DNA from: Kofleriaceae bacterium
GTDB taxonomy: Bacteria; Myxococcota_A; Polyangia; Haliangiales; Haliangiaceae
Assembly (NCBI GenBank): GCA_051952595.1
Contig: JBQCJR010000598.1
Coordinates: forward strand, 13,384-77,383
Direction of reading: 5' to 3'
DNA: 64,000 nucleotides
Numbering within the stretch: the stretch's first letter is position 1; each line of letters begins with the position of its first letter. The position numbers and the translations under genes are program-made. Positions 51,901 to 59,948 of this stretch are shown here, in pieces. The notes below the pieces were generated by a model. It saw nothing but the letters and a program-made list of their open reading frames with translations. It was not told the origin of the DNA and ran no database searches.

Positions 51901-52503
51901 ATGGAGCACGCAGCGCGCATCCCGGGTGCCGACCGCAGCAGGGGCGGCCCGGCCAACGACATCGACGAGGACGAGCTCGAGACGGCGTTCTTCGAACGCA
52001 CCAAGATCTCTCCCACGCCGCCGCGGCCGGACGCTGCTCCCGCGCCGGCGCCTTCCGCGTCCAAGCCGGGGCCGCAGCCGATGCCCAGCGGCCCGCCGGT
52101 CATCATCACCATCAAGATGCCGGAGCCGCTCTGCAAGAGCACTGCGGCCGAGTACCAGCGCGTTGCCTCCTTCTACGACGAGATGACGTGCAAGAAGCTC
52201 CGCGCGCAAGGCTTCCCGGCCGCGGTGCTCGTCCACCCGCACTACCTCAAGGTGGAGGTGCACGGCGCGGTCAACGCCCCCATGGCCGCGGAGGACGCCG
52301 AGCCGGCGAGCGACGACCCGCAGCCGATCCCGTGGCTCGCCCACCTGGATCGCGTCCCCTTCCTCGTGTGGATCATCGCGGTCATCACCTGCGCCAGCGT
52401 GGCGATCACCCTCGCCCGACTCGGCGCCCACCCCCTGTGGGCCATGCTTTTCCTGGCCCTGCTCTCGCTCATCGTCCCGTTCATCAGGAGCGCGATTCGA
52501 TGA
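51901..52503 (+). CDS. C-terminally membrane-anchored protein (200 aa)
   Basis: Track ORF trimmed to ATG 51901 (AGGAGG upstream). C-terminal spans: VPFLVWIIAVITCASVAITL and LWAMLFLALLSLIVPFI. Confidence 0.6.
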   Translation: MEHAARIPGADRSRGGPANDIDEDELETAFFERTKISPTPPRPDAAPAPAPSASKPGPQPMPSGPPVIITIKMPEPLCKSTAAEYQRVASFYDEMTCKKLRAQGFPAAVLVHPHYLKVEVHGAVNAPMAAEDAEPASDDPQPIPWLAHLDRVPFLVWIIAVITCASVAITLARLGAHPLWAMLFLALLSLIVPFIRSAIR

Positions 52504-52754
52504 AGAAGACCGACACCATCGGCGGCTGCATCGCCACCCTGGGCACGTCCCTCGGCGTCTACCTGATGCTCAACTGGTGGCTGTTCGAGAAGGACATCAC
52601 CATCGCCCACCCGCGGCGCCCGATGCAGCTCGCCCTCGTCGCCGGCGGCACCGCCGCGCTGCTGGCATCCACCGCGGTCGCGGCACCCTTCGTCGTGGCC
52701 GGCAAGGTCCTCGACGCGGCGGAGAAGCGGCTCGCCGGGCGCGCGCGCACCTGA
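52500..52754 (+). CDS. small two-TM membrane protein (84 aa), holin-like topology
   Basis: ATGA overlap at 52500. TM spans: IGGCIATLGTSLGVYLMLNWWLF and LALVAGGTAALLASTAVAAPFVVAG. Confidence 0.55.
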   Translation: MKKTDTIGGCIATLGTSLGVYLMLNWWLFEKDITIAHPRRPMQLALVAGGTAALLASTAVAAPFVVAGKVLDAAEKRLAGRART

Positions 52755-52804
52755 ACGACGCCGGCTGGACACGAAGTTCCAGTCGGTGTACACCCACATC
52801 ACGC

Positions 52805-52878
52805 AGCGCGGTGGAGCAGGCTGGAAGCTCGGCGGGCTCATAACCTGTAGGTCGCAGGTTCAAATCCTGCCCGCGCTA
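52805..52878 (+). tRNA. tRNA-Met(CAT) (elongator Met, or Ile2 if lysidine-modified)
   Basis: 74-nt cloverleaf:
- Acceptor AGCGCGG/CCGCGCT, discriminator A, no encoded CCA.
- D stem GAGC/GCTC.
- Anticodon stem GCGGG/CCTGT, loop CTCATAA.
- T arm GCAGG-TTCAAAT-CCTGC. Confidence 0.85.
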
Positions 52879-53035
52879 CTGGGGGTCCGGGAACCGGGAT
52901 GACCGGCCGGCGGAAAGGAGACGGAGAGGGTTCTTGCTCCCGTCCGCCCCCGCAATCTTCGAGGCCCAACAGAGCGAGATGGGCGCCGCTCACGGCGCTC
53001 GCCGGCTCATCACTGGCGGGCCCGTCGTCTTTCCT

Positions 53036-53119
53036 GCGCCGCTGGCGAAACTGGCAGACGCGCCGGCCTCAACCCCCGGTGCCCTGATGGGCGTGGTGGT
53101 TCAACTCCACCGCGGCGCA
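53036..53119 (+). tRNA. tRNA-Leu(CAA), type II, with atypical anticodon loop
   Basis: 84-nt type II structure:
- Acceptor GCGCCGC/GCGGCGC.
- D stem GCG/CGC.
- Anticodon arm CCGGC-CTCAACC-CCCGG, with a C-C mismatch at 31-39 and C at position 37.
- Variable arm GCCC-TGAT-GGGC.
- T arm GGTGG-TTCAACT-CCACC. Confidence 0.75.
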
Positions 53120-53124
53120 CCGCA

Positions 53125-53196
53125 CGAGTTCATGCCACAAGGCGTGGCGCCGGCTTTGGGTGCCGGAGACGCCGGGTTCGATTCCCGGGAACTCGA
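53125..53196 (+). tRNA. tRNA-Pro(TGG)
   Basis: 72-nt cloverleaf:
- Acceptor CGAGTTC/GAACTCG.
- D stem GCCA/TGGC.
- Anticodon arm CCGGC-TTTGGGT-GCCGG.
- T arm CCGGG-TTCGATT-CCCGG. Confidence 0.85.
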
Positions 53197-53266
53197 CCGA
53201 CACAGCCTATCCCGCGCGCACTGGCGTGCGGCAGCCTCGTTCCGACATCATGGTACGGTGCCCACC

Positions 53267-53560
53267 ATGAGCGGAGCCGTCATCGCCATCGTCGAGCACG
53301 CGCCCGGGCAGCGGAGACGCTTCTACGTAGGCGCCACCAAGCCCGCAGACGTGCGCCGCATCCTCAGCGCGCACTTCCACATCATGGACCAGAGCGAGCA
53401 GTTCTCGGTCGTCAGCCTCACGCCGACGGCACCGCTCGAAGGTGCGGAGGATGGCGAGGTTCGAGACCTCGAACCGAACAGCGCGCAGGAACGGCCGGAC
53501 CGTTCACCAGCATCGGTGCGTTCCACCAAGCGGGGCGCCAAGCACAAGCGCCGAGCATGA
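53267..53560 (+). CDS. hypothetical protein (97 aa)
   Basis: Track ORF 52934..53560 trimmed to ATG 53267; the upstream part of that ORF is tRNA DNA. Confidence 0.55.
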   Translation: MSGAVIAIVEHAPGQRRRFYVGATKPADVRRILSAHFHIMDQSEQFSVVSLTPTAPLEGAEDGEVRDLEPNSAQERPDRSPASVRSTKRGAKHKRRA

Positions 53561-53596
53561 CCACAGCGGGCACCAGCCCGGCCAAGGAGATCCTTC

Positions 53597-54187
53597 ATGT
53601 CGCAGACTTCCCAGCCCCAGGCCGGGGCGCCGAGCTCCGTGCTCGGTCGGCTCGCCACCTCGCGCAAGGCCATCGCCGCCGCGCTCGTCATCGTCGCCGC
53701 CGTCGCGCTCGCAGCGCTGGGCGCCATCTCCGGTCAGGAGGCCCTCGCCGCCATCACTGCCGCGGCCGGCGTCTTCATGGGCGCCACGGCGTACGAGGAT
53801 GGGCGCCGCGCGAGCGTCGGTCAGCCGATGACGTCGCTGACGTCGGAGGGCGACGGCCGAATGGGGCGGCTGCAGACCCTGCTCGAGGCGAACCGCCGGG
53901 CGGTGGAGCGAGCCATGAACAGCACGCTGAAGGTGGAGGTCATCGGCGCTCCGCCGGGAACTCCGCTCAGCGATGCGGCGACCCGCGGCGACTACTTCGA
54001 CCGGGAAGGGAACTGGAAGCCCGGCGCCCTATCCAAGCGCGTGCGCAGCGCCATCGGTCAAGGTGAAGAGACGCTCGGCGCCCTGCAGCAGGTCCAGATG
54101 ACGCGGCGCGAGGTCGCCTCGTGCAAGGACGTCGACGCGACTGCCGCCGCCAACGACGCGGAGAAGCCGTCCGCGGAGGAGGGGTGA
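53597..54187 (+). CDS. membrane protein (196 aa)
   Basis: Track ORF with AAGGAGA upstream. TM span: AIAAALVIVAAVALAALGAI. Confidence 0.65.
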   Translation: MSQTSQPQAGAPSSVLGRLATSRKAIAAALVIVAAVALAALGAISGQEALAAITAAAGVFMGATAYEDGRRASVGQPMTSLTSEGDGRMGRLQTLLEANRRAVERAMNSTLKVEVIGAPPGTPLSDAATRGDYFDREGNWKPGALSKRVRSAIGQGEETLGALQQVQMTRREVASCKDVDATAAANDAEKPSAEEG

Positions 54188-54657
54188 TGCGCCTCCTCAA
54201 CCTCGCCAGTTCCGCCAGCCTCGGGCTCGCCGTCCTGCTCGGCGCCTGCTCCACGAACTGCGCGGGGGCTCGGGCTGCCGTTCCCGACCTCTTCGACGCG
54301 GCGGAGGCGGCCATCCTGGCGGAGCTCGGCACCAACCCCGACGCTGCGTGCCCTGCGGGCCGCCCCGCAACGCCCGCCCAGGAGGCGCTCGTCGCCCTGG
54401 CCGAGGCCCGGCGGGGTGAGAGCGCCGCTGCGGCCGCGCGCGAGCAGGCCGCCAAGGTCGCCGCCGAGGCCGCCGAGCATCGTGCGACTCCGGAGGACAT
54501 CGCCCAGGCGACCGCCCTCGAGGCCGAGGCCGGCGAGCAGGCCGCGAAGGCGCGCGCTTTCCTGGCTGCTGCCCTGCGGCGGCTCGGTGCCAAGGCGACG
54601 CCGGAGGTGTCCCAGCCGCAGCCATCGCTCACCATGCCGGCGCCGGAGGGGCAGTGA
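54187..54657 (+). CDS. lipoprotein (156 aa)
   Basis: TGATG overlap at 54187. Signal peptide with lipobox: MRLLNLASSASLGLAVLLGAC. The mature part is Ala/Glu-rich. Confidence 0.65.
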   Translation: MRLLNLASSASLGLAVLLGACSTNCAGARAAVPDLFDAAEAAILAELGTNPDAACPAGRPATPAQEALVALAEARRGESAAAAAREQAAKVAAEAAEHRATPEDIAQATALEAEAGEQAAKARAFLAAALRRLGAKATPEVSQPQPSLTMPAPEGQ

Positions 54658-54965
54658 TCCTGCCCCGTGGCGCTCCCGACGCAGAGCCGCTCCCGACGCC
54701 GGCCGCGCGGCTCCTCCCCGTCGAGGATCCCGAAGCGCAGTCGCAGAAGGTGGCGGTCTGGGTTCATCACGTGCAGGCGATGCTCACCAGCACCGACATC
54801 CACGAAGCGCTCGCGCACGCTGATGCCGTGCGGGCGACCCTGAACGAGATGATCGGCGCGCTGCCCGGGCGCCTGGAGCACCTCCGCGAGCAGCAGGACC
54901 GGCAGCAGCGCGGATCGCCGAGCCACGTCATGATCGACGGCGGCTACCACCGGCGGGGGCTGTGA
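54654..54965 (+). CDS. hypothetical protein (103 aa)
   Basis: GTG 54654 forms a GTGA overlap with the upstream stop. Confidence 0.55.
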   Translation: MILPRGAPDAEPLPTPAARLLPVEDPEAQSQKVAVWVHHVQAMLTSTDIHEALAHADAVRATLNEMIGALPGRLEHLREQQDRQQRGSPSHVMIDGGYHRRGL

Positions 54966-55608
54966 CCTTGCGGCTCTCGCCGACCCCCGCCTTGCCGGGC
55001 TGGTGGGAGGACCCCGTGTTGCCGGTGCTTGCGGCCTTCGTCGCAGCCATTGGAGCCATGGTCTTCGGCGCCTGCGGCTGACGCCTCGCCGCCCGCGTGG
55101 CGGCATCCCTGCAGCGTCGCGAGCAGAACTTCGGGATCACGCCCCGCTCGGGCGGCTTGATGACGGCGCCGCAGGCGCATGTCGCCGCCGCCGCAGCCCG
55201 CGCCCGTTGCGTCCGGGCCCCGTCACCCGACCGGTGCGCCTCGCGCTGCGGAGCCAACACGGCCTCCCGATAGGCAGGGTCGCTCCGGTAGCGTTCGCGG
55301 CGTTGCGCGTTCACCCTCGGCGCGATGGTGTCCTTGTGCTTCGCCCATCGCTCCCTCGCCGCCGCGGCCAGCTCTACGGCCTTGGCACGCTGCCTCGCCC
55401 GCCGCTCCTCCAGCTTCCCAGGGCGCCTCGCGTACGCGCGGGCGTACGCCCTGCAGTGCTCCCTGTGAGCCTCGCGCCAGGCTTGCCGCCCATCCGTGCG
55501 ATCCGAGAAGATCGTCAGCCCTTCAGCGACGAGCCGGCGCTCGCCGAACCACTGCGCCTCCTCGAACTCGCCGAGGATCTCCTCGAGCAGCGATCCCGCC
55601 CAGCTCAT
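54928..55608 (-). CDS. basic hypothetical protein with CxC...CxxC tail (226 aa)
   Basis: Track ORF trimmed to ATG 55608 (ATGA overlap). It converges on and overlaps 54654..54965 by 38 nt. Confidence 0.55.
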   Translation of the reverse strand: MSWAGSLLEEILGEFEEAQWFGERRLVAEGLTIFSDRTDGRQAWREAHREHCRAYARAYARRPGKLEERRARQRAKAVELAAAARERWAKHKDTIAPRVNAQRRERYRSDPAYREAVLAPQREAHRSGDGARTQRARAAAAATCACGAVIKPPERGVIPKFCSRRCRDAATRAARRQPQAPKTMAPMAATKAASTGNTGSSHQPGKAGVGESRKVTAPAGGSRRRS

Positions 55609-55985
55609 CCAGGGCTTCCCCCGGGCAGCGCCTTCGCCTTCACCAGCTCGGCGCAGAGCCTGCTGAAGAGGGGCTCGATGATGACGGCCTTCCTCGGCGG
55701 CAGGTCCTCGATCGCCTCCGACAGCCGCCGCACCGCCTCTTCGACACCGCTCGGCGCATCGCCCTGCTGGCTCTGGCCGACGAACCACGGCCATGCGCCG
55801 ATCGTCTCCATGGCGATCCTGACGTAGCGCGGCTCGGAGATGCCCAGAGCGCGCGCCACGGCGGAGAGGTTCCCCTCGTGCGCGGCCAGCACCCTGCGGA
55901 GCGCCGCGCGCATCGCGATGAGGACCCGCACGTCGGTGGCGAGCAGGGCCAGGAAGACCTTGGCCCCGGTGCGCTCACCGCTCAT
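55605..55985 (-). CDS. Fis-type HTH DNA-binding protein
   Basis: ATG 55985 (ATGA overlap). HTH segment: RAALRRVLAAHEGNLSAVARALGISEPRYVRIAMETIG. Confidence 0.6.
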   Translation of the reverse strand: MSGERTGAKVFLALLATDVRVLIAMRAALRRVLAAHEGNLSAVARALGISEPRYVRIAMETIGAWPWFVGQSQQGDAPSGVEEAVRRLSEAIEDLPPRKAVIIEPLFSRLCAELVKAKALPGGSPG

Positions 55986-56833
55986 TGGCGCCACCTACTT
56001 CGGATGTACGGATGGACAGCACCAACTCCGCGATGAGAAGGCGTGCGCGCAGCACAGCTGGTGGAAGTATGGTCGCCACGCGACGAGTACGCCTCCGGTA
56101 GTCGAGCGCATCCGCGTGGAGTTGTTCTGTGGGCATCGCCAGGGGTCTGGCCACGCTCCTCCACCGCGCGGGCGATGGCCAGCACGCGAGCAACCCCATC
56201 GTAGGCGCGGCGGGCCTGAGTTCCCATGCGCGCGTCCGTCGCCTCACGCTCCGCGGCCGCGGCGACCATCAGCGCCTGGAGCAGCGCATCACGCAGCACT
56301 TCCGCCAAGCGCTGTGCCCCGGCCCCCGTGAGGTTCAGCCAGGTCGCGACGGGGGCCGCCGTCTCATCGATGGCGCGCCTGTTCAGCCGGGCAGCGTCGG
56401 AGTCCACCCACCGGCAGACGTAGACGGCGACCTCTTCGTCGCCATCTACGTCGAGGTCTCCCACCTCCAGGGTGAGGACTTTCCCGCCGTCGTCGCTCTC
56501 AATCTCGCAGTTGCAGGTTTGTCGTCGCGCTTCTCCGGCCGCGGGCGCAGGCGCAGAACTCGGGGGCAGATGACGCCACGTGGCTTCGAGCAGGGTAGCG
56601 CCATCGCGCATCTGGATACGATCCATGATGCGGAACTCCCCACGCGCGGCGCGCTCGCGCAGAGACGTCATCGCCGCCGTCTCCCTCGGGGTCAGCGCCA
56701 CCAGCGCCGCGTCGAGCGCGTCCTGCACCACCAGCCGGTCGTGCCCGTCCTCGAACACCAGCGTGTACGACACCGGCGCGCCGATGATCTTCAGCGCGGC
56801 GTGCACCTTTTCGCGGACCTCTTTCTTGTTCAT
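55982..56833 (-). CDS. hypothetical protein (283 aa)
   Basis: Track ORF with ATG 56833. It is the first gene downstream of the C11 tract. Confidence 0.6.
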   Translation of the reverse strand: MNKKEVREKVHAALKIIGAPVSYTLVFEDGHDRLVVQDALDAALVALTPRETAAMTSLRERAARGEFRIMDRIQMRDGATLLEATWRHLPPSSAPAPAAGEARRQTCNCEIESDDGGKVLTLEVGDLDVDGDEEVAVYVCRWVDSDAARLNRRAIDETAAPVATWLNLTGAGAQRLAEVLRDALLQALMVAAAAEREATDARMGTQARRAYDGVARVLAIARAVEERGQTPGDAHRTTPRGCARLPEAYSSRGDHTSTSCAARTPSHRGVGAVHPYIRSRWRQ

Positions 56834-56869
56834 CGAGACATCCTCTGCTTGCCTACGCGGGCGAGCATC

Positions 56870-56880
56870 GGGGGGGGGGG
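56870..56880. repeat. G11 homopolymer (C11 on the coding strand of the adjacent operon)
   Basis: Read directly: catcGGGGGGGGGGGttgggg. It lies in the 65-nt spacer between 56899..57180 and 55982..56833, 36 nt upstream of ATG 56833. Confidence 0.9.
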
Positions 56881-56898
56881 TTGGGGATCGCCCTCACG

Positions 56899-57180
56899 TT
56901 ACTCGTCCTCCCACGCCACCTGAGCCACAAGGAGCCCAGCCCGCAGCGCTTGGGCGACGTGCCGCGAGGAGATCCCAGCCCGCTGGAACGCACGGAGCTG
57001 CGGGGGCTGGCTGCCGCCGTAGCAGATGGTTACCGCGAAGAACCGAGCGTCGGACATCTCCGCGCTGTCGTCGTCGGTCACCTCCCGACCCGGGATGAAG
57101 CGGGTCTTTTGGATCGTCTCGATGGCCTCAGCCACCTCGAGCGAGTCGTCCGTCACAGCAGGCGCAGCCTTGGGCATCAT
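56899..57180 (-). CDS. hypothetical protein (93 aa)
   Basis: Track ORF trimmed to ATG 57180 (GGAGG 3 nt upstream). Confidence 0.6.
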   Translation of the reverse strand: MMPKAAPAVTDDSLEVAEAIETIQKTRFIPGREVTDDDSAEMSDARFFAVTICYGGSQPPQLRAFQRAGISSRHVAQALRAGLLVAQVAWEDE

Positions 57181-57261
57181 GTACCTCCAACGCCCCAAGC
57201 CCCGGGCCGGCGCTTCCCGCCAGACACCGAGGCCAGAGCGAACGCTGAACCAAAGACCTCC

Positions 57262-57876
57262 TCACGCGCCAGGCGTGGCCATGCGGTCGACCCAGGCGTC
57301 GTGCTCGAGGATGTACTTCTGCTCGGCCGCATCTGCCTTGGCGGCCGCGGCCGACTCGTTGACGTTGTACTCCGTCTCCGTCGGGTACTCAGGCTGGATG
57401 TTGTGCTTCCAGTCGTCCTGAAGCGCGCTGCAAATCTCGCCGGCCCTGAATGTGTGGCGCCCGCGGCATGGTCCCTCTCCGCCCCACGACAGGTAGAACC
57501 ATAGGGACGGGTAGCGCATGGACGCCCGCTGCAGCGCTTTGACCGGAGGTCCCCACGCGCAGGTGAAGATGTAGGTCACCCGCGTGCCGTTGGTCGACAG
57601 AACCGGCTCGGCGGCATCATAGGCGCCCCACTTCACGCTCCAGCCATCAGCCTCCATGTGGTAGCCCACATCGGAGTACGAGCCGCGGGCGTAGGCGTCG
57701 CTCAACGGCGCGATCAGGTGGAAGCACAGAGGTTCCACAATGAGCTTTTCGCGGTGGTTGAGCGTCCCGTGCTTGTCGCCAGTGGCCGGCGCCGCGCCCC
57801 TGGCTGTAGCGACGAACGCCTCGATGTCGTTCTTGCTCCCGCACACCGTCAGCTTCTGCTTCACATTGTTCGGCAT
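57262..57876 (-). CDS. Api92-like / DUF1281-like protein
   Basis: Track ORF trimmed to ATG 57876 (AGGAAG upstream). Segments: MPNNVKQKLTVCGSKNDIEAF...WSVKWGAYD...YIFTCAWGPPVKAL...YPSLWFYLSWGGEG. Confidence 0.5.
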   Translation of the reverse strand: MPNNVKQKLTVCGSKNDIEAFVATARGAAPATGDKHGTLNHREKLIVEPLCFHLIAPLSDAYARGSYSDVGYHMEADGWSVKWGAYDAAEPVLSTNGTRVTYIFTCAWGPPVKALQRASMRYPSLWFYLSWGGEGPCRGRHTFRAGEICSALQDDWKHNIQPEYPTETEYNVNESAAAAKADAAEQKYILEHDAWVDRMATPGA

Positions 57877-57947
57877 GGTGTCTTCCTGACGGCTCAAGCC
57901 GGGGGCTCGAAGCCTACCCGGCCTGCAATTTGAACGCACCCCAGCGG

Positions 57948-58461
57948 TCACTTCAGCCGCTTGGAGGACACCCTGTTGTTCTTCACGGTGATCTGCCCGC
58001 GGTCGTCCATGTGCTCGCCCTGCCACGTCACCTTGCCGTTGAGTGTATAGCCCCACGGCTTCAGGTAGGTCGTGATGAGGTACTCCAGCCACGGGATGTA
58101 CTCATAGAACTTCTCGTTCTGGTCCCACAGGAGCGCCGAACCATCGGCGTTCGGCACCCACTGGCACCATAGTCCTGGCAGGCCGGGCGGCGGCCGGTTC
58201 GAGTCCAGCACCCCGCCTTCACCCTCCGCCTTCACCCTCCGAGTCCTGGCCACAATACTCGGTGCTGCCCACGTAGTGGTCCCCGTTGGGTCCCACGGGC
58301 AGCCCCGCCGCCTCGCGAACCGGGTCAGACATCTTCCCCGCCTCCTGCGGGTCGCGCTTCATATGGCGCACCTCATCGAACTTCGCCAAGTACGCCCGAT
58401 GCTCCGGTTTGAGCGTCGGAGTGATCGCGAACTCTCCATCGAACTCGGTCGTGTAACCCAT
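57948..58461 (-). pseudogene. Conserved-looking gene split into two ORFs by a 13-bp tandem duplication
   Basis: Track ORFs 58219..58461 (MGYTTEFDGEF...CGQDSEGEGGG*) and 57948..58253 (...AEGEGGVLDSNRPPPGLPGLWCQW...) are in different frames. Removing one 13-bp unit joins them as ...GQDSEGEGGVLDSNRPPPG... Confidence 0.75.
58214..58239. repeat. Perfect 13-bp tandem duplication CGCCTTCACCCTC x2
   Basis: 58214..58226 and 58227..58239 are identical, read directly. The premature TGA (58221..58219) lies in the first unit. Confidence 0.95.
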
Positions 58462-58541
58462 CAGTCGTCTCCTCTCGGCCGTCGGTCACGTCCGACGCGG
58501 GGGCCGCGGCCGCGCCGCGTGCACAGTTCCGTCGCAGTGCC

Positions 58542-59111
58542 TCACGCCAGCCCGCTCTTCCTGATGTCGGACTCAATCTCCTTCCAGACCGCCTCGGTCA
58601 GGTCGAAGGCGAAGTCGACATCCTGGAAGAAGCAGCGGTCGTGATAGTCGGTCTGGCTGTCCGAGCGGTCGTAGTTGTACGGCGTGACGATCGCGGTCGC
58701 CGCGTCGAGGATCCTCTGGCCCCGCTCCGAGTAGCGCTTGAGGCCGCTGAACCTGTGCGGGTTGCGCAGGTACGCCTCGATGAAGCGCGGGTTGAGGATG
58801 GGCATGCCGCGGTCGGGGACGCTGGTGATGCGCACGTCGATCGCGGCGCTGTGGGTGGCGTAGCGCGCCCGCACCGAGATCGCGCAGCCGAACAGCGCGT
58901 GCTTCGGATCCTTCGTCGCCGCGCGCAGCTCCTGCCGGATGAGCTTGGCGGTCTCGGAGTTCTTCCGCTTGGGGTCGCACTTCGAGCCCTTCCAGGGCTC
59001 CTCGGCCACCTTGGCCATGCGCTGTTCTTCGGCGTTCCGAGCGCGGTCAGCCTGAGCGTCGGCCACGTTCGTGTTCGCTGGCGCAACAACCATTTCGGTG
59101 CAGTCGAGCAT
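58542..59111 (-). CDS. hypothetical protein (189 aa), possibly LPD29-type domain
   Basis: Track ORF 58542..59882 trimmed to ATG 59111 (GGAGAAGGA upstream). The segment SETAKLIRQELRAATKDP...CAISVRARYATHSAAIDVRITSVP resembles polyvalent-protein-associated domain proteins, from memory only. Confidence 0.5.
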   Translation of the reverse strand: MLDCTEMVVAPANTNVADAQADRARNAEEQRMAKVAEEPWKGSKCDPKRKNSETAKLIRQELRAATKDPKHALFGCAISVRARYATHSAAIDVRITSVPDRGMPILNPRFIEAYLRNPHRFSGLKRYSERGQRILDAATAIVTPYNYDRSDSQTDYHDRCFFQDVDFAFDLTEAVWKEIESDIRKSGLA

Positions 59112-59130
59112 CGTCCTTCTCCTGCGGCAC

Positions 59131-59183
59131 CTCAGCGGCGCCGTCGACGCTGAGACTATGGCACCCGTGCCACGGTCTGTCAA
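59131..59183 (-). promoter_or_regulatory. Putative promoter TTGACA-N17-CATAGT plus leader hairpin
   Basis: The -35 is at 59183..59178 and the -10 at 59160..59155 on the minus strand. Inverted repeat CTCAGCG (59131..59137) / CGCTGAG (59148..59154). The leader contains GCCGCTGAGGT, as in modules A to C. Confidence 0.45.
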
Positions 59184-59255
59184 CGGGTCATCGACGCTTC
59201 TCTCAACCAGCGGCAGCGCCAGCCGGCGCCACCCCATCCCACCAGGAGCAACAGC

Positions 59256-59948
59256 ATGCAGGCCACCTCCGTTCCCTTCCGCACCGCCGCGTCCGCCATC
59301 GGGCCGCTGCCGCATCTCGCCGGCACGAACATCTACCGCACCTTGGCGCGCATCCTCGAGCAGCAGGGCGGGTGCGGCGCTCACGCGACGGCCATCGTGC
59401 ACGCCGTCAGGCAGGACATGCCGGGGCCGATGTCGCGTGACGACGTGTACCAGTCCGAGGTGTCCGATGACCTCTCGGAGGAAGCGCTGGACGAGGCCTG
59501 GGCGAAGGCGCAGCGTGAGACCGCCGCCATCGCCGCGCTCGAGGAGAAGCTGGCGAAGGCCAGCCGCTCTCCGTGGTGGATGGCCGCGATGATCCTGGCC
59601 GACATGCCGCCCCCGCGGGTGCGCCTCCGGCTCCACCACCGCTACGGCCGCTCCGAGTACGTCGAGGTGGACACCGACGCGCCGTGCAACCGGCACGTGC
59701 GCAGGGCGCTGTACGCGAAGCGCGGCCGCGGCGTGGTGGCGGTCCTCTCTGGCAACGACACCTCCCCCACCAGCCGCACGGAGGCCGCCTCCGCGGACGC
59801 CTTCGACGGCAAGAAGGCGGACGAGCGTCAGTCCTTCAGCCCCGAGCCCGTCCTCTTCTCTGCCACCGCGGACGCGCGGCACCTCGTCGAGATGCGCAGC
59901 GACGGCTCGGTGCGCTACGGGGATGATGACGAGGCGGTGCTGACGTGA
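59256..59948 (+). CDS. hypothetical protein (230 aa)
   Basis: Track ORF with GGAG 7 nt upstream. Confidence 0.6.
   Translation: MQATSVPFRTAASAIGPLPHLAGTNIYRTLARILEQQGGCGAHATAIVHAVRQDMPGPMSRDDVYQSEVSDDLSEEALDEAWAKAQRETAAIAALEEKLAKASRSPWWMAAMILADMPPPRVRLRLHHRYGRSEYVEVDTDAPCNRHVRRALYAKRGRGVVAVLSGNDTSPTSRTEAASADAFDGKKADERQSFSPEPVLFSATADARHLVEMRSDGSVRYGDDDEAVLT

Noticed and set aside
53000-53018. Anticodon-arm-like hairpin CGCCGG-CTCATCA-CTGGCG (CAT) between tRNA-Met and tRNA-Leu
   Set aside because: No flanking acceptor, D-arm or T-arm (no GTTC-type loop) can be found. It is probably a spacer hairpin, not a fourth tRNA.
53597-54657. Confident i-spanin / o-spanin annotation
   Set aside because: Only topology (a TM protein followed by a lipoprotein with an overlapping start) supports it. 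The lipoprotein is atypically long and Ala/Glu-rich, and the lysin is not adjacent.
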